A DNA stretch of 63,489 nucleotides, filler included, from Octopus bimaculoides (lineage: Eukaryota), in assembly GCF_001194135.2 (NCBI RefSeq). It is 5 parts of 5 records of this genome, joined end to end, with 100 filler letters (N's around TTAATTAATTAA, not from the genome) between each part and the next. Parts side by side here need not be neighbours in the genome. Positions count along the whole stretch, not along the records: positions 1 to 22,471 come from NC_069008.1; 4 more parts are not named here. The stretch is one strand, 5' to 3'. Shown here in pieces: positions 1-10,756 of this stretch; the stretch's first letter is position 1; every line of letters starts with the position of its first letter. The translations under genes and the position numbers were made by a program. The notes under the pieces were generated by a model, which worked only from the letters and a program-made list of their open reading frames with translations, did no database searches and was not told the DNA's origin.

Positions 1-202
1 TATATATATATACGCACACACATATGTACATATATATATATATATAATTACACACACACACATATATATACATACATACATATATATATATATATATTCA
101 TAATATATGTGTACGGAGTGTGTCATAAATAAACACGTATGTATTCATATATACGTACAAACATGCGTGCACATCTGCACATACATGTATATATATATAT
201 AT

Positions 203-600
203 AGGCACAAGCGTGGCTGTGTAATTGAGGCTTGCTTCCCAACCACATGGTTCCAGGTTCAGTCCCACTGTATGGCATCTTGGGCAAGTGTTTTTTGCTA
301 TAGCCTCTGGCCGACCAAAGGTTTGGTAGACGGGAACTGGAAGAAGCCCGTCGTGTATATATATATATATCTGTGTGTCTGTGTTTGTCCCCCCCTACCA
401 TCACTTGACAACCGATGCTGGTGTGTTTATGTCTCCGTAACGTAGTGATTCGACAAAAGAGAAACGATAGAATAAGTACTAAACTTACAACGAATAAGTC
501 CTGGGCACGATTTCTTCGACTAACACCCTTTTAAGTGGTACTCCAGCATGGTCATAGTTGAATGACCGAGACAATTTAAAGAAGGAAAAGAAAAATATGA
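203..600 (+). mobile_element. tRNA-headed CORE-like SINE (family A), near full length, with internal (TA/TG)n
   Basis: Head gcgtggctgtg...ggttccaggttcagtccc, CORE-like ttgggcaagtg, internal microsatellite, tail tactccagcatgg...gagacaatttaaaga. The same layout recurs several times in the window. Confidence 0.85.
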
Positions 601-1992
601 AAGGATGTACGTCTTGTATTATTTATATATTACATGAGAAAATGCGAGCAAGAGAAATAATATTCTTAAGATTATAAACCTGAAAAATTACTCAAGTTAT
701 TACACCTGGAAAAGTTCAGGACATGTTATTACATCTGGTAAAATACAGAACAAGAACATTGCTATTTTTTAATCTCACAACGTGAGATATTCAGCAACAG
801 TACTTTGTAGTAAAGATTATTTGCCAACATAACATGTCAGTCCTGGTTTAGGACTAATGTTGCTGTAATTTAGCCCCAGGAGACATCGTCTCCAGCTGGC
901 TATACGACACGATCTCTGTCATTATATATGTATGTACAGACCGGAATAAAAATTCAGCAATATATATATATTTATAATATAAGGACACAGATCGTGTCGT
1001 ATAGCCAGTTGGAAACGATGTCCCCTGGGGCTAAATTACAGCAACGTTAGTCCTAAACCAGGACTGCCATGTTATGTTGGTAAACAATCTTTGCTACAAG
1101 AAAATTTTTATTTAAAATATTGCAGCTAAGGATAAAATTTCAAATAGAATATTTAGATTTAGAAAATATTAGTTTTTATTAAAACTAAAAAAATTATTAC
1201 AAGTTATATTACTTCTATTTGTTATTGCTTGTTACTTCTATTAAAAATTTAAAAAATAACTCAAAATACTTTTTGCACTTTAAAAAAAAGTTTATTTTTT
1301 AATTATTAATTATTAATTAGAAATTTGAAAATAGATTATAAAAAATAATAGTAGTTCATAATTAGTACAATAAATAGGATAGTACAAAAATTAGTTTTAT
1401 ATTACAGTAAAATCTAGCTATAACAAAAAATTCAGAGTAAAATTTGCTTGAGTTAGTACCTAAGTTATGGCCAAGTCTTCACATTTTTAGTCTTGAGCCA
1501 ATGCCTATTTTTTACATAATGAATTTGTCTGCCATATATACTATTCTACTTTGCATAAAACTTTAGCTATATTAGTACTTCTGACTCTCATTTTTTAAAG
1601 TATTCTAGTATGTCAATATTTTAACAAAATGATGGTATCCTTTTTAAATAATGTCGCTCTGTAAGTTAAAATCAATTAATTTTTATTATTCAAATTTTAT
1701 CCTTAGCTGCAATATTTTAAGTAAACATTTTCTTGTTCTGTACTTTACAAGATGTAATAAGTTTTCCTGAACTTTTCCAAATGTAATAACTTGTCATGTA
1801 CTTTTCCAGGTTTATAATCTTAAGAATTTCTCTTGCTCGCATTTTCCCATGTAATATATAAATATATTTCTTTTCCTTCTTTAAATTGTTTCGGTCATTT
1901 GACTGTAGTCATGCTGGAGTACCACCTTAAATGGTGCTAGTCGAAGAATTCGGCCCGCAGGACTTATTCTTTGTAAGCCTAGCACTTATTCT
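469..1992. repeat. Large imperfect inverted duplication (469-756 plus 1096-1141 vs 1691-1992)
   Basis: The reverse complement of 1730-1992 aligns with 469-756 (SINE tail plus unique flank), and 1691-1729 pairs with 1103-1141. Confidence 0.8.
805..1099. mobile_element. Fold-back hairpin element / MITE-like palindrome (arms about 116 bp, loop about 63 bp)
   Basis: 805-920 is the reverse complement of 984-1099 with few mismatches, e.g. cagtcctggtttaggactaatgttgctgtaatttagcccc vs ggggctaaattacagcaacgttagtcctaaaccaggactg. Confidence 0.8.
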
Positions 1993-1994
1993 AA

Positions 1995-2238
1995 GAATAA
2001 GAAGCTTGCTTCCCAACCACATGGTTCCAGGTTCAGTCCCACTGCATAGCACCTTGGGCAAGTGTCTTCTATAACCTCGCGCCGACCAAAATATATGTAA
2101 AATATATGTATGTATTTTTTTGTGTGTTTACCTCCCCCCCTCCACAATCACTTGACGACCAATATTAGTGTGTTTATGTTCCTGCAACTTAGCGCTTCGG
2201 CTGAAGAGACCGATAAAATAAGTACTAGGCTTACAAAN
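1995..2238 (+). mobile_element. SINE family A, 5'-truncated, running into a gap
   Basis: aagcttgcttcccaaccacatggttccaggttcagtccc...ttgggcaagtgtcttct...agtactaggcttacaaa matches family A. Confidence 0.85.
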
Positions 2239-2721
2239 NNNNNNNNNNNNNNNNNNNNNNNNNNNNNNNNNNNNNNNNNNNNNNNNNNNNNNNNNNNNNN
2301 NNNNNNNNNNNNNNNNNNNNNNNNNNNNNNNNNNNNNNNNNNNNNNNNNNNNNNNNNNNNNNNNNNNNNNNNNNNNNNNNNNNNNNNNNNNNNNNNNNNN
2401 NNNNNNNNNNNNNNNNNNNNNNNNNNNNNNNNNNNNNNNNNNNNNNNNNNNNNNNNNNNNNNNNNNNNNNNNNNNNNNNNNNNNNNNNNNNNNNNNNNNN
2501 NNNNNNNNNNNNNNNNNNNNNNNNNNNNNNNNNNNNNNNNNNNNNNNNNNNNNNNNNNNNNNNNNNNNNNNNNNNNNNNNNNNNNNNNNNNNNNNNNNNN
2601 NNNNNNNNNNNNNNNNNNNNNNNNNNNNNNNNNNNNNNNNNNNNNNNNNNNNNNNNNNNNNNNNNNNNNNNNNNNNNNNNNNNNNNNNNNNNNNNNNNNN
2701 NNNNNNNNNNNNNNNNNNNNN

Positions 2722-3147
2722 GCGTAACTGGTACTTATTTAATCGACCCCCCGAAAGGATGAAAGGCAAAGTCGACCTCGGCGGAATTTGAATTCGGAAC
2801 GTAGCGGCAGACGAAATACCGCTAAGCATTTCGCCCGGCGTGCTAACGATTCTGCCAACTCGCCGCCTTAATAATAATAATAATGATAATAATAATAAAA
2901 TATAACGAACCTTAATAATAATAATGAAAATAGCAAAAACCTAAATAATAATGAGAATAAAAAATAACAACCCTTTCTACTAACGACAGAAGTCCTGAAA
3001 TTTGAGGGGAGGGGATTAAGTCGATTACAGCGACCCCAGTGTTTCATTGGTACTTAATTTATCGACCCCGAAAGGATGAAAGGCAAAGTCGACCTCAGCG
3101 GAATTTGAACTCAGGGCGTAGCGGCAGATGAAATACCGTTACCTTAA
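2722..3147 (-). mobile_element. Two tandem SINE family B copies (2722-2869, 2965-3147) separated by AAT-rich DNA
   Basis: Minus strand reads ggcggcgagttggcagaatcgttagc...gttccgaattcaaattccgccgaggtcgactttgcctttcatcctttcgggg, with A-box-like and B-box-like motifs and an ATT tail. Confidence 0.85.
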
Positions 3148-3149
3148 AG

Positions 3150-3180
<31 letters not shown>

Positions 3181-3181
<1 letters not shown>

Positions 3182-3968
3182 TCTTTCTTTATTGGCCAAC
3201 AGGGCCGAACACAAAACATAGAGGGCGATACACAGACGAGGGACAGTGAGGTTAAACCTGTAAACAACAAAACAGCAACAATTAACAATATATATAATTC
3301 CCCAATAGGAGTAGATCCATCGAGGTGACCAGAACAACCTCACCCGCTTTGGGCCCCTAACACCAAGGCACCTCAGGTAAGCACCCTCTCCTCACTCCAT
3401 CCGGCCTACAGGCGCACACTTAGAGTAGGCCCATTCACATGGGCCATCCTTGCTACATACACCCATCTTTCAACAAACTTACTGGGTGATAGCTCCTCCC
3501 TTTCCAGTCTCACCTTCCTTTTCAGTTAGAACCTGAAAAAGTCAATGAGGCATTGACCAAAGAGGAAGGTACCCTTTCACCCTACAATCTCTTTCGTCCA
3601 CCCTTCGTCATAGCAATCAGACAGAAAAACTCCCTTTCCTTCCCGGCCAAAGGTAAGAGGCGGGGTAATCTTCCCGATGGACTCGGACGATAGCCGGATC
3701 CGTCCTACACGTGACAATAACTGTTCGACGAAGCTCCACAAGTCAGCAATAAGCGGACACTGTACTAGTGCATGCAGAACGGTTTCCTCGCTCCGCATGC
3801 ACCTCGTACAAGACCGCCTGACTGCACATCCGTGCTTGTAGAGCTTATCTCGAATCCACAGCGCCCCACACCCCCGGTAGTACACGCAGGCCAGAGATTT
3901 CTGGAAGTTATCTATAGGCCCTGGCCCGAAAGTCCTCCGGAAGAGACCAACCAGTTGATCCTTCTTAA
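3181..3968 (-). mobile_element. Tx1/L1-clade LINE 3' fragment (ORF2 C-terminus, 3'UTR, AATAAA, (TTA)n tail), decayed
   Basis: ORF 3577-4176 contains ALWIRDKLYKHG...CTRCMRSEETVLHALVQCPLIADLW (zf-RVT-like CCHC). It continues as DFFRF*LKRKVRLEREELSPSKFVERW, and the element ends ccaataaagaaagag(tta)n. Confidence 0.85.
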
Positions 3969-3991
3969 TGTCCAAAAAAAACAAAAACAGA

Positions 3992-4278
3992 CGTAGGAGT
4001 GGCTTTGTGGTAAGTAACTTGCTTACCAACCACATGGCTCCGGGTTCAGTTCCACTGTGTGGCACCTTGGGCAAGTGTCTTCTGCTATAGCCTTGTGAGT
4101 GGATTTGGTAGACGGAAACTGAAAGAAGCCCGTCGTATATATGTATATGTATGTATATATATATATGTATGTACAAATATGTGTGTGTATATGTTTGTGT
4201 GTCTGTTTGCTCGACTAAAGGCGGTGCTCCAGCATGGCCACAGTCAACATTACTGAAACAAGTAAAAGATTAAAAGAG
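3992..4278 (+). mobile_element. SINE family A with internal deletion
   Basis: gtaggagtggctttgtggtaag...ttgggcaagtgtcttctgctatagcc...(TA/TG)n...ggcggtgctccagcatggccacagtc...tgaaacaagtaaaag. Confidence 0.85.
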
Positions 4279-5231
4279 ACATCTGTACATGATTGTCTTT
4301 TTTTTTTCCGGTTGCCTCTCGCAGGTTTTGAGGAACATTTCGTGTGGTCTTTCTTTCTTCACGTCTTATAATCCTCTCGGTTCCATTTAAATGTTCTTCT
4401 TTATCCTTTAACGCCGCTCATTTGTAACTTTTGCGATGGAAACGTTATTTCTAATTGAACCTTCGCTTTCTTTGTTCGAAATTTTACTGATTTATGTGGT
4501 GGTTGTCATATTTTTCTTGCACAGTTGGCAAGTTATATTTCGTGCTTCTTTGAACGAATTCTCATTGTTTCTGACACTTCCCCTCTGTTTGTTGTTGTTA
4601 CTCCTCCTGCCACTACCACTATCATTTACATCTAGAGTGAGTGGAGTCAAGTGACGGTGAAAGACAATTTCTAGTCCTACGCCTCCTTCCCCTTCTCTCT
4701 CTATTCGACAAAGACGACGACGCCATATTAAATTTTGNNNNNNNNNNNNNNNNNNNNNNNNNNNNNNNNNNNNNNNNNNNNNNNNNNNNNNNNNAAAAAA
4801 AAAAAAAAAAAAAAAAGACTCTGTTAATCAGAACAATATAGTCTAGATTAACTTAGCCACACGTTGTAACAATAACAATTTTTTCTTAGAGCTAAACCAG
4901 ACATACTTTTACGAAATTCCAAAATACATGTCCAGCTCTGGCGACAATAATAATAATAATAAGAGTGCGACTGTGTCTTCCACGAGTTCAAAATAATTAT
5001 CTCAATCGACTTCATTTTGGTAATAATGATAATAATAATAATAAACAAAATCACTCAAACTGTCGAATTTATTAAACTGAGTAAGATGACAAACGTCTTT
5101 TAAACTCACTCACACAAACAAAAAAGAACAATTTGGATTTTTGGTGAATTTTCAGAAGAGTTGGCTGGTTTTATGGAATTTTTACACATTTTTCGGGGTA
5201 AGTCTTTAATCTTTATATTTCAGTTTGTTCT

Positions 5232-5510
5232 GTTTAAAAAAAAAAAAATCATGTTTTAACTTTTTTAACTTTCCGTAAAAAAAAATTCATGTTTTAACTT
5301 TTTTCACTTTCCATAAAAAAAGAAAAAAAAAATGTTTTAACTCTTTTAACTTTCCGTAAAAAAAAAATGTTTTAACTTTTTTAACTTTGCGNNNNNNNNN
5401 NAAAAAAAAAATCATGTAACTTTTTTAATTTTGCGTAAAAAAAAAATTCATGTAACTTTTTAAATTTTGCGTAAAAAAAAAATCATGTAACTTTTTTAAT
5501 TTTGCGTAAT
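5232..5510. repeat. Minisatellite, unit about 33-36 bp, about 8 copies
   Basis: Repeating aaaaaaaa(t)tcatg(ttt)taactttttt(a/c)acttt(c/g)cgt; contains a short N gap. Confidence 0.8.
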
Positions 5511-6016
5511 TAATTTTCATGGATATTCCCGTAATGATGTTAATTATCCGCCGATAACCTGAAACAATTTTTCCATAGTTCACGGTTAGCAACTTGAGCC
5601 GCTTTGAGATCAAAAATTCAAATTGAGGGTATGGAGCAGGTGAAATTTAGGCTACATATGTTTCCTAGCTAGCATATATGTGTGTGTGTGTGTGTCTACT
5701 TATATATTTGAAATCCTTCGATGTTGATACACGACGTCGCTCACCCATATGACCCTTCCTTATGACATAGATAAAGAGGCTAGGCTGAAAATTAAAGTGA
5801 ATGACATCGTCTCTTAATACCGTAACTCCGGAGACCTAAACCGAAGGATCGCCATATATTTATATAATGCTTTCGACACGAAAGTTTGTCAAACATTACG
5901 AGAAAAAGAATCGATATAGCTAATCGATAATAGCTGATATAATTTCCTACATATCCTGGTAACTAAACGCCAGAAACGAATAATTATTTACATAATGGGA
6001 AAAAAAAAGTAGCTGA

Positions 6017-7188
6017 CCGCGTTTTCCTTCATACGTGTCGAATTTTTCAGACCAAAATTTAGAGCCCAAAATAAGGAGCTTGACTTATATACCGAGACGG
6101 CTTCAGGGGACAGAAAATTAATTGTGAAATGCAGCAGGATTTGGGAAATATAATGACAATATTTTCATGCTTACGCTACATGTTTACACTATTTACAATG
6201 TGGATTTGTATGCCGGAAAATAGGATTGAGAGAGAGAGAGGCAGATGGATAAAGCGATACTGTATTTTTTGGCATACATATTGAAATTTTGAGATCAAAA
6301 TTTACAGCCAAATAAGATAGGTCAACTAATATACCAAGACGACTTTGCAGGACCAATAATTTTATGTTAAACAAAGCTAGATTTGGAAAGATATCGATGA
6401 CGTTTAAATGTTTACACTACGTGTTTGCACTATATTCCACGTCAACTTATATACCGGGAAACACCGTATGCGTATAAATGTATGTGTTTTGTAGCATGTA
6501 TATAATGATTATCTACACTATTTTCTGGCTTGCAAGTCGAAGTTTGCAGATAGAAATGTACAGCCAAAATAAGACGAGCAAAAATTCCATGTGAAATGCA
6601 GCAGAGTTTGGAAAGAGGGTGACAATGTTTGAATGCTTGCTTACACAACACGTTTATACCATCCCACATCGACCAGGAGATACAGTATACGTATGAATGT
6701 ATGGGCCTTGTGTATGTGCCTAGTGCATGTACCTTCAATTTAATGTATTTTCTGACATACAAATCGAATTTTTCTGCCCCAAATTTATAGTCAGGATAAA
6801 AGTAGGTCGATCCACACACACACACACACCGATATGACACTAAGATGACTTTAGAGGGGCAAAAATTCCAATAGAAATGCTGTAGGATTAGGGATGATAG
6901 TGATGGTGTTTGAATGTTTACAAGAAACACTAAGTCAACTTGTTTACTGGAAAATACGATGTATGCGTGTGTATATGCTTGGTAGTGTGGATATATATAT
7001 ATGCCGTACTTTCTGGCTTACAAGTCGAATTTTTGGACACAAAAATTAACAAGGTGGACCGACTTAGACACCGAGACGATTTTGGAGGACAAAAAATTGC
7101 TTCTGAAATGCAGCAAAATTTGAAAATATAGCAATGTTTGATCAACCCTAACCTCGTACTACGTCAACTAGTATACCGGAAAGCACGA
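6017..7188 (+). mobile_element. Array of five co-oriented Tc2/pogo-like MITEs (about 170-217 bp each)
   Basis: Left ends resemble ccgtactttctggcttacaagtcgaa (6017, 6260, 6516, 6743, 7004). Right ends resemble gtcaacttatataccgggaaacaccg (6224, 6466, 6685, 6959, 7188). A shared interior includes gaaatgcagca. Confidence 0.7.
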
Positions 7189-7272
7189 TATTTGTGTGTA
7201 TGTATATGCTGAGCAGTGTGTATGTAATTCATACATACATACACACACACAAATATATTCAAACACATATTT

Positions 7273-7318
7273 GTGGAGGCGCATGGCTTAGTGATTAGGG
7301 TGTTGCACTCACAATTGC
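7273..7318 (+). mobile_element. Isolated tRNA-like SINE head
   Basis: gtggaggcgcatggcttagtgattagggtgttgcactcacaatt matches the heads of the SINEs at 52072 and 53934-54258. Confidence 0.6.
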
Positions 7319-7351
7319 ATATATTGTATATATAGGTATATATGTGTATGT

Positions 7352-7402
<51 letters not shown>

Positions 7403-7404
<2 letters not shown>

Positions 7405-7610
7405 CTAAGAATCCATCAATCAGAAAATTTAGGCTCTCGTATATTTGTTAATAAAGGAAGATATTAGAGTAATATATCTTATCAATCGGTTTCGCACCGG
7501 TTGTCAGATAACGGACATTTATCCTATGCACATACTCCTCAGGGATGGCGGGTTTGGAAAAAATATGGCGAGTGCTTTCTGTTACTAGCGTCAAGCAATA
7601 CATATATGAA
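7403..7610 (-). mobile_element. Penelope-like terminal repeat relic with a hammerhead fold (7481-7546)
   Basis: Minus strand: atcc CTGAGGA gtat...cggtgc GAAA ccgat t gat. Sits next to (TA)n. Confidence 0.5.
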
Positions 7611-7967
7611 NNNNNNNNNNNNNNNNNNNNNNNNNNNNNNNNNNNNNNNNNNNNNNNNNNNNNNNNNNNNNNNNNNNNNNNNNNNNNNNNNNNNNNNNNN
7701 NNNNNNNNNNTTAATAATAATAATTTTTTTTTTATTTGCCACCAGGGTGAAGGATAATAATAATATTGATAATAATAATAATAATAATAATGATGATGAC
7801 GACGATGAGGATTTATAAAATTTTCTATACGGTTATAGATTAGGGGTACATCACAAGGATTGTCTACACTTTGTGTATGTGGAGGGTGTTACATAAAAGA
7901 CGAGGGGAGAGAAAAGGAACAGACACTGAAAGGTGATAAATAGTATATTTAGTGGTTATCCATGAGA

Positions 7968-8180
7968 AGACCCGTACCTCAGTAATTAGAGCGTCGGGCT
8001 CACAATCACCAGGTAGTGAGTTCGGTTTCCGAGTCGGAGTGTGTGCTGTGTTCTTGAGCAAGACACTTTATTTCACGTTGCTCCCGTTCACTCAGCTGTA
8101 GAAATGAGTTGTGATGTCACTGGTGCCAAGTTGTGTCGGCCCCTTTGCCTTTCCCTTGGATAACATCAGTGGAATGGGGA
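7968..8180 (+). mobile_element. tRNA-headed CORE-like SINE (family C)
   Basis: gagcgtcgggctcacaatc...gagttcggtttcc...ttgagcaagacactttatttcacgttgctcc...actcagctg. Confidence 0.7.
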
Positions 8181-8864
8181 GGGAGCATATTCGGCATATT
8201 TAGGTTTATGCGTTCAACAAACGCAACGGAAAGTGCGAGAAATATTAATTCTATATATGGGCATTGGACAATAAGCGTAAGCCAGTGTCAACGGTGGTTC
8301 CAGAAATTCAGAGCCGGAAACTACAGCCTAGAAGATGAGCCTCATCATGGAAGATCTGCAGAGCTCGATGAGGACGTCCTGCAAACCCTGGTGGAAGAAA
8401 GTACCATCGTTACTCTAGAGAAGCTTGGATTTGGTCATTCAACGATCCATCGACATCTAACCTAGAAGGAAAACGACCATCTTTGTTTTCAAGACGAAAG
8501 TTGTTCTTCCATCAGGATAATGCTCGGCCACATACAAGAGGGTGACATTCCAAAGGTTGGAGCAGTTTGAATGGGAAACGATGCCCCACCCACCATAATC
8601 GCCGGTCATTTCCTCGTCTGATTATCATTTATCCCGCAGTTTTCAGAATCATTTGGACAGAAAGAAAAAAAATGAATTCTGTAGATGAGGTTAGAACAGT
8701 ACTGGGAGAGTATTTTTTGTCACGGACAAGTGAATTTTGGAAGAGGAGTCTTGCAAGTCTACCAGAGAGAAGAAGAAACATTGTAGAAAATGGAGTGTTT
8801 ATTGTAATTTTGAAAAATAAAAGAATTATAAAAAAAACTGCATTATTTATGGGATGACCCAGTA
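8181..8864 (+). mobile_element. Mariner (Mos1-like) transposase relic, internally deleted, with right TIR
   Basis: ATESARNINSIYG...SQCQRWFQKFRAGNYSLEDEPHHGR (HTH), FFHQDNARPH, HPP*SPVISSSDYHL (YSPDLAPSDY-like), and TIR-like tgcattatttatgggatgacccagta. Confidence 0.9.
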
Positions 8865-9754
8865 TGAATGNNNNNNNNNNNNNNNNNNNNNNNNNNNNNN
8901 NNNNNNNNNNNNNNNNNNNNNNNNNNNNNNNNNNNNNNNNNNNNNNNNNNNNNNNNNNNNNNNNNNNNNNNNNNNNNNNNNNNNNNNNNNNNNNNNNNNN
9001 NNNNNNNNNNNNNNNNNNNNNNNNNNNNNNNNNNNNNNNNNNNNNNNNNNNNNNNNNNNNNNNNNNNNNNNNNNNNNNNNNNNNNNNNNNNNNNNNNNNN
9101 NNNNNNNNNNNNNNNNNNNNNNNNNNNNNNNNNNNNNNNNNNNNNNNNNNNNNNNNNNNNNNNNNNNNNNNNNNNNNNNNNNNNNNNNNNNNNNNNNNNN
9201 NNNNNNNNNNNNNNNNNNNNNNNNNNNNNNNNNNNNNNNNNNNNNNNNNNNNNNNNNNNNNNNNNNNNNNNNNNNNNNNNNNNNNNNNNNNNNNNNNNNN
9301 NNNNNNNNNNNNNNNNNNNNNNNNNNNNNNNNNNNNNNNNNNNNNNNNNNNNNNNNNNNNNNNNNNNNNNNNNNNNNNNNNNNNNNNNNNNNNNNNNNNN
9401 NNNNNNNNNNNNNNNNNNNNNNNNNNNNNNNNNNNNNNNNNNNNNNNNNNNNNNNNNNNNNNNNNNNNNNNNNNNNNNNNNNNNNNNNNNNNNNNNNNNN
9501 NNNNNNNNNNNNNNNNNNNNNNNNNNNNNNNNNNNNNNNNNNNNNNNNNNNNNNNNNNNNNNNNNNNNNNNNNNNNNNNNNNNNNNNNNNNNNNNNNNNN
9601 NNNNNNNNNNNNNNNNNNNNNNNNNNNNNNNNNNNNNNNNNNNNNNNNNNNNNNNNNNNNNNNNNNNNNNNNNNNNNNNNNNNNNNNNNNNNNNNNNNNN
9701 NNNNNNNNNNNNNNNNNNNNNNNNNNNNAGATACCCTCTTATTTTTTTTTTTTT

Positions 9755-10000
9755 GATTCTCAGAGATATTTATATCTGCAAAGCAGTTGACCTCTCTGTT
9801 GGTACATACCTTTGCTCCTCTGTCTCAAACAACAATATCTGGCCTGTTATGTTTACATTCGCCAGAAGTTTTGATGGGAATATTCCACCAGTATTCCTTG
9901 AGTTGGTGTTTATGAATGTATGGATGTATGTTCTCTTTCCCCCTAATTTTAGAATAAATTTTGACCAGCTTCCTGCTTGGTAACAAAGTTCTGAAGGAAA
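9755..10000 (-). mobile_element. Non-LTR retrotransposon fragment with restriction-like endonuclease (R4/NeSL/R2-type), decayed
   Basis: A minus frame absent from the ORF track reads HKHQLKEYWWNIPIKTSGECKHNRPDIVV*DRGAKVCTNREVNCFADINISE, the WN..I.T....HNRPDIV RLE signature. Confidence 0.75.
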
Positions 10001-10722
10001 GTACCTAGTTTTGCCCAACCCCTTTAAATCTTCAGAAGATCTTCCAGATTTTTGTGGTCCCTGATCATTTGCAGTTCGTGAATTAAAGTTTTGCATTCTC
10101 TCCCCGAGATCCCAAGTTCAGCGCTATTTTGCTCGACTTTACCGTTTATCCATTCGTCCCCCAAAATTGCTGGCTTTGTGCCAAAATTTGAAATCAGTAT
10201 CATACCACCCAAGCGTTCTTTCTTATGAATGTATACATTTATTGAACTAAGATTAAAACTACAAATGACAGTCTGCAATTATGTTTGAGTGAGATGTGAT
10301 TTTTAAAAAATCTTATTTTCATTCCAATTGAATAATTGTTGACATTTGCCAGTATGAAACCTTAGGTGTTAGAATACTGATTAAAGTTGTATAAAAATGA
10401 ATTAATAACCCACCTTACCTATGTTGAGAACTCCTTCAACGTATTAACACACGCACGCACGTATGCACGCGGCAAACATTGAATTCGCAAATACTTCACG
10501 TATCGGATGGTTAAGACCTTTACAAATTGTTAACCTTCGTCCCGGGAAGCAATTGCTCATTAGCAGTTCTCGTTGAAATAACAAGCATGATTGCCTTAGA
10601 GAAGTTAGATGTGTAATGTTGTCGCCTATCCATGGTGGTGTTTTTTTTACTATTTCGTGCTTTTGTGGTGCGCAGTGGAGATGTAGAAAACACAGAATTG
10701 ATATAGACACAATCATATCTAT

Positions 10723-10756
<34 letters not shown>

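Noticed and set aside
1141-1690. Very AT-rich spacer resembling a mitochondrial insertion (NUMT)
   Set aside because: My translations under the invertebrate mitochondrial code gave no recognisable mitochondrial protein or tRNA. A BLAST against the mitogenome would settle it.
6017-7188. CRISPR-like repeat-spacer appearance
   Set aside because: The units are about 200 bp, highly diverged and TIR-bounded, in eukaryotic repeat context with no cas genes.
8854-9983. Long ORFs spanning N gaps (also many others in the track)
   Set aside because: They are open only because N codons translate as X.
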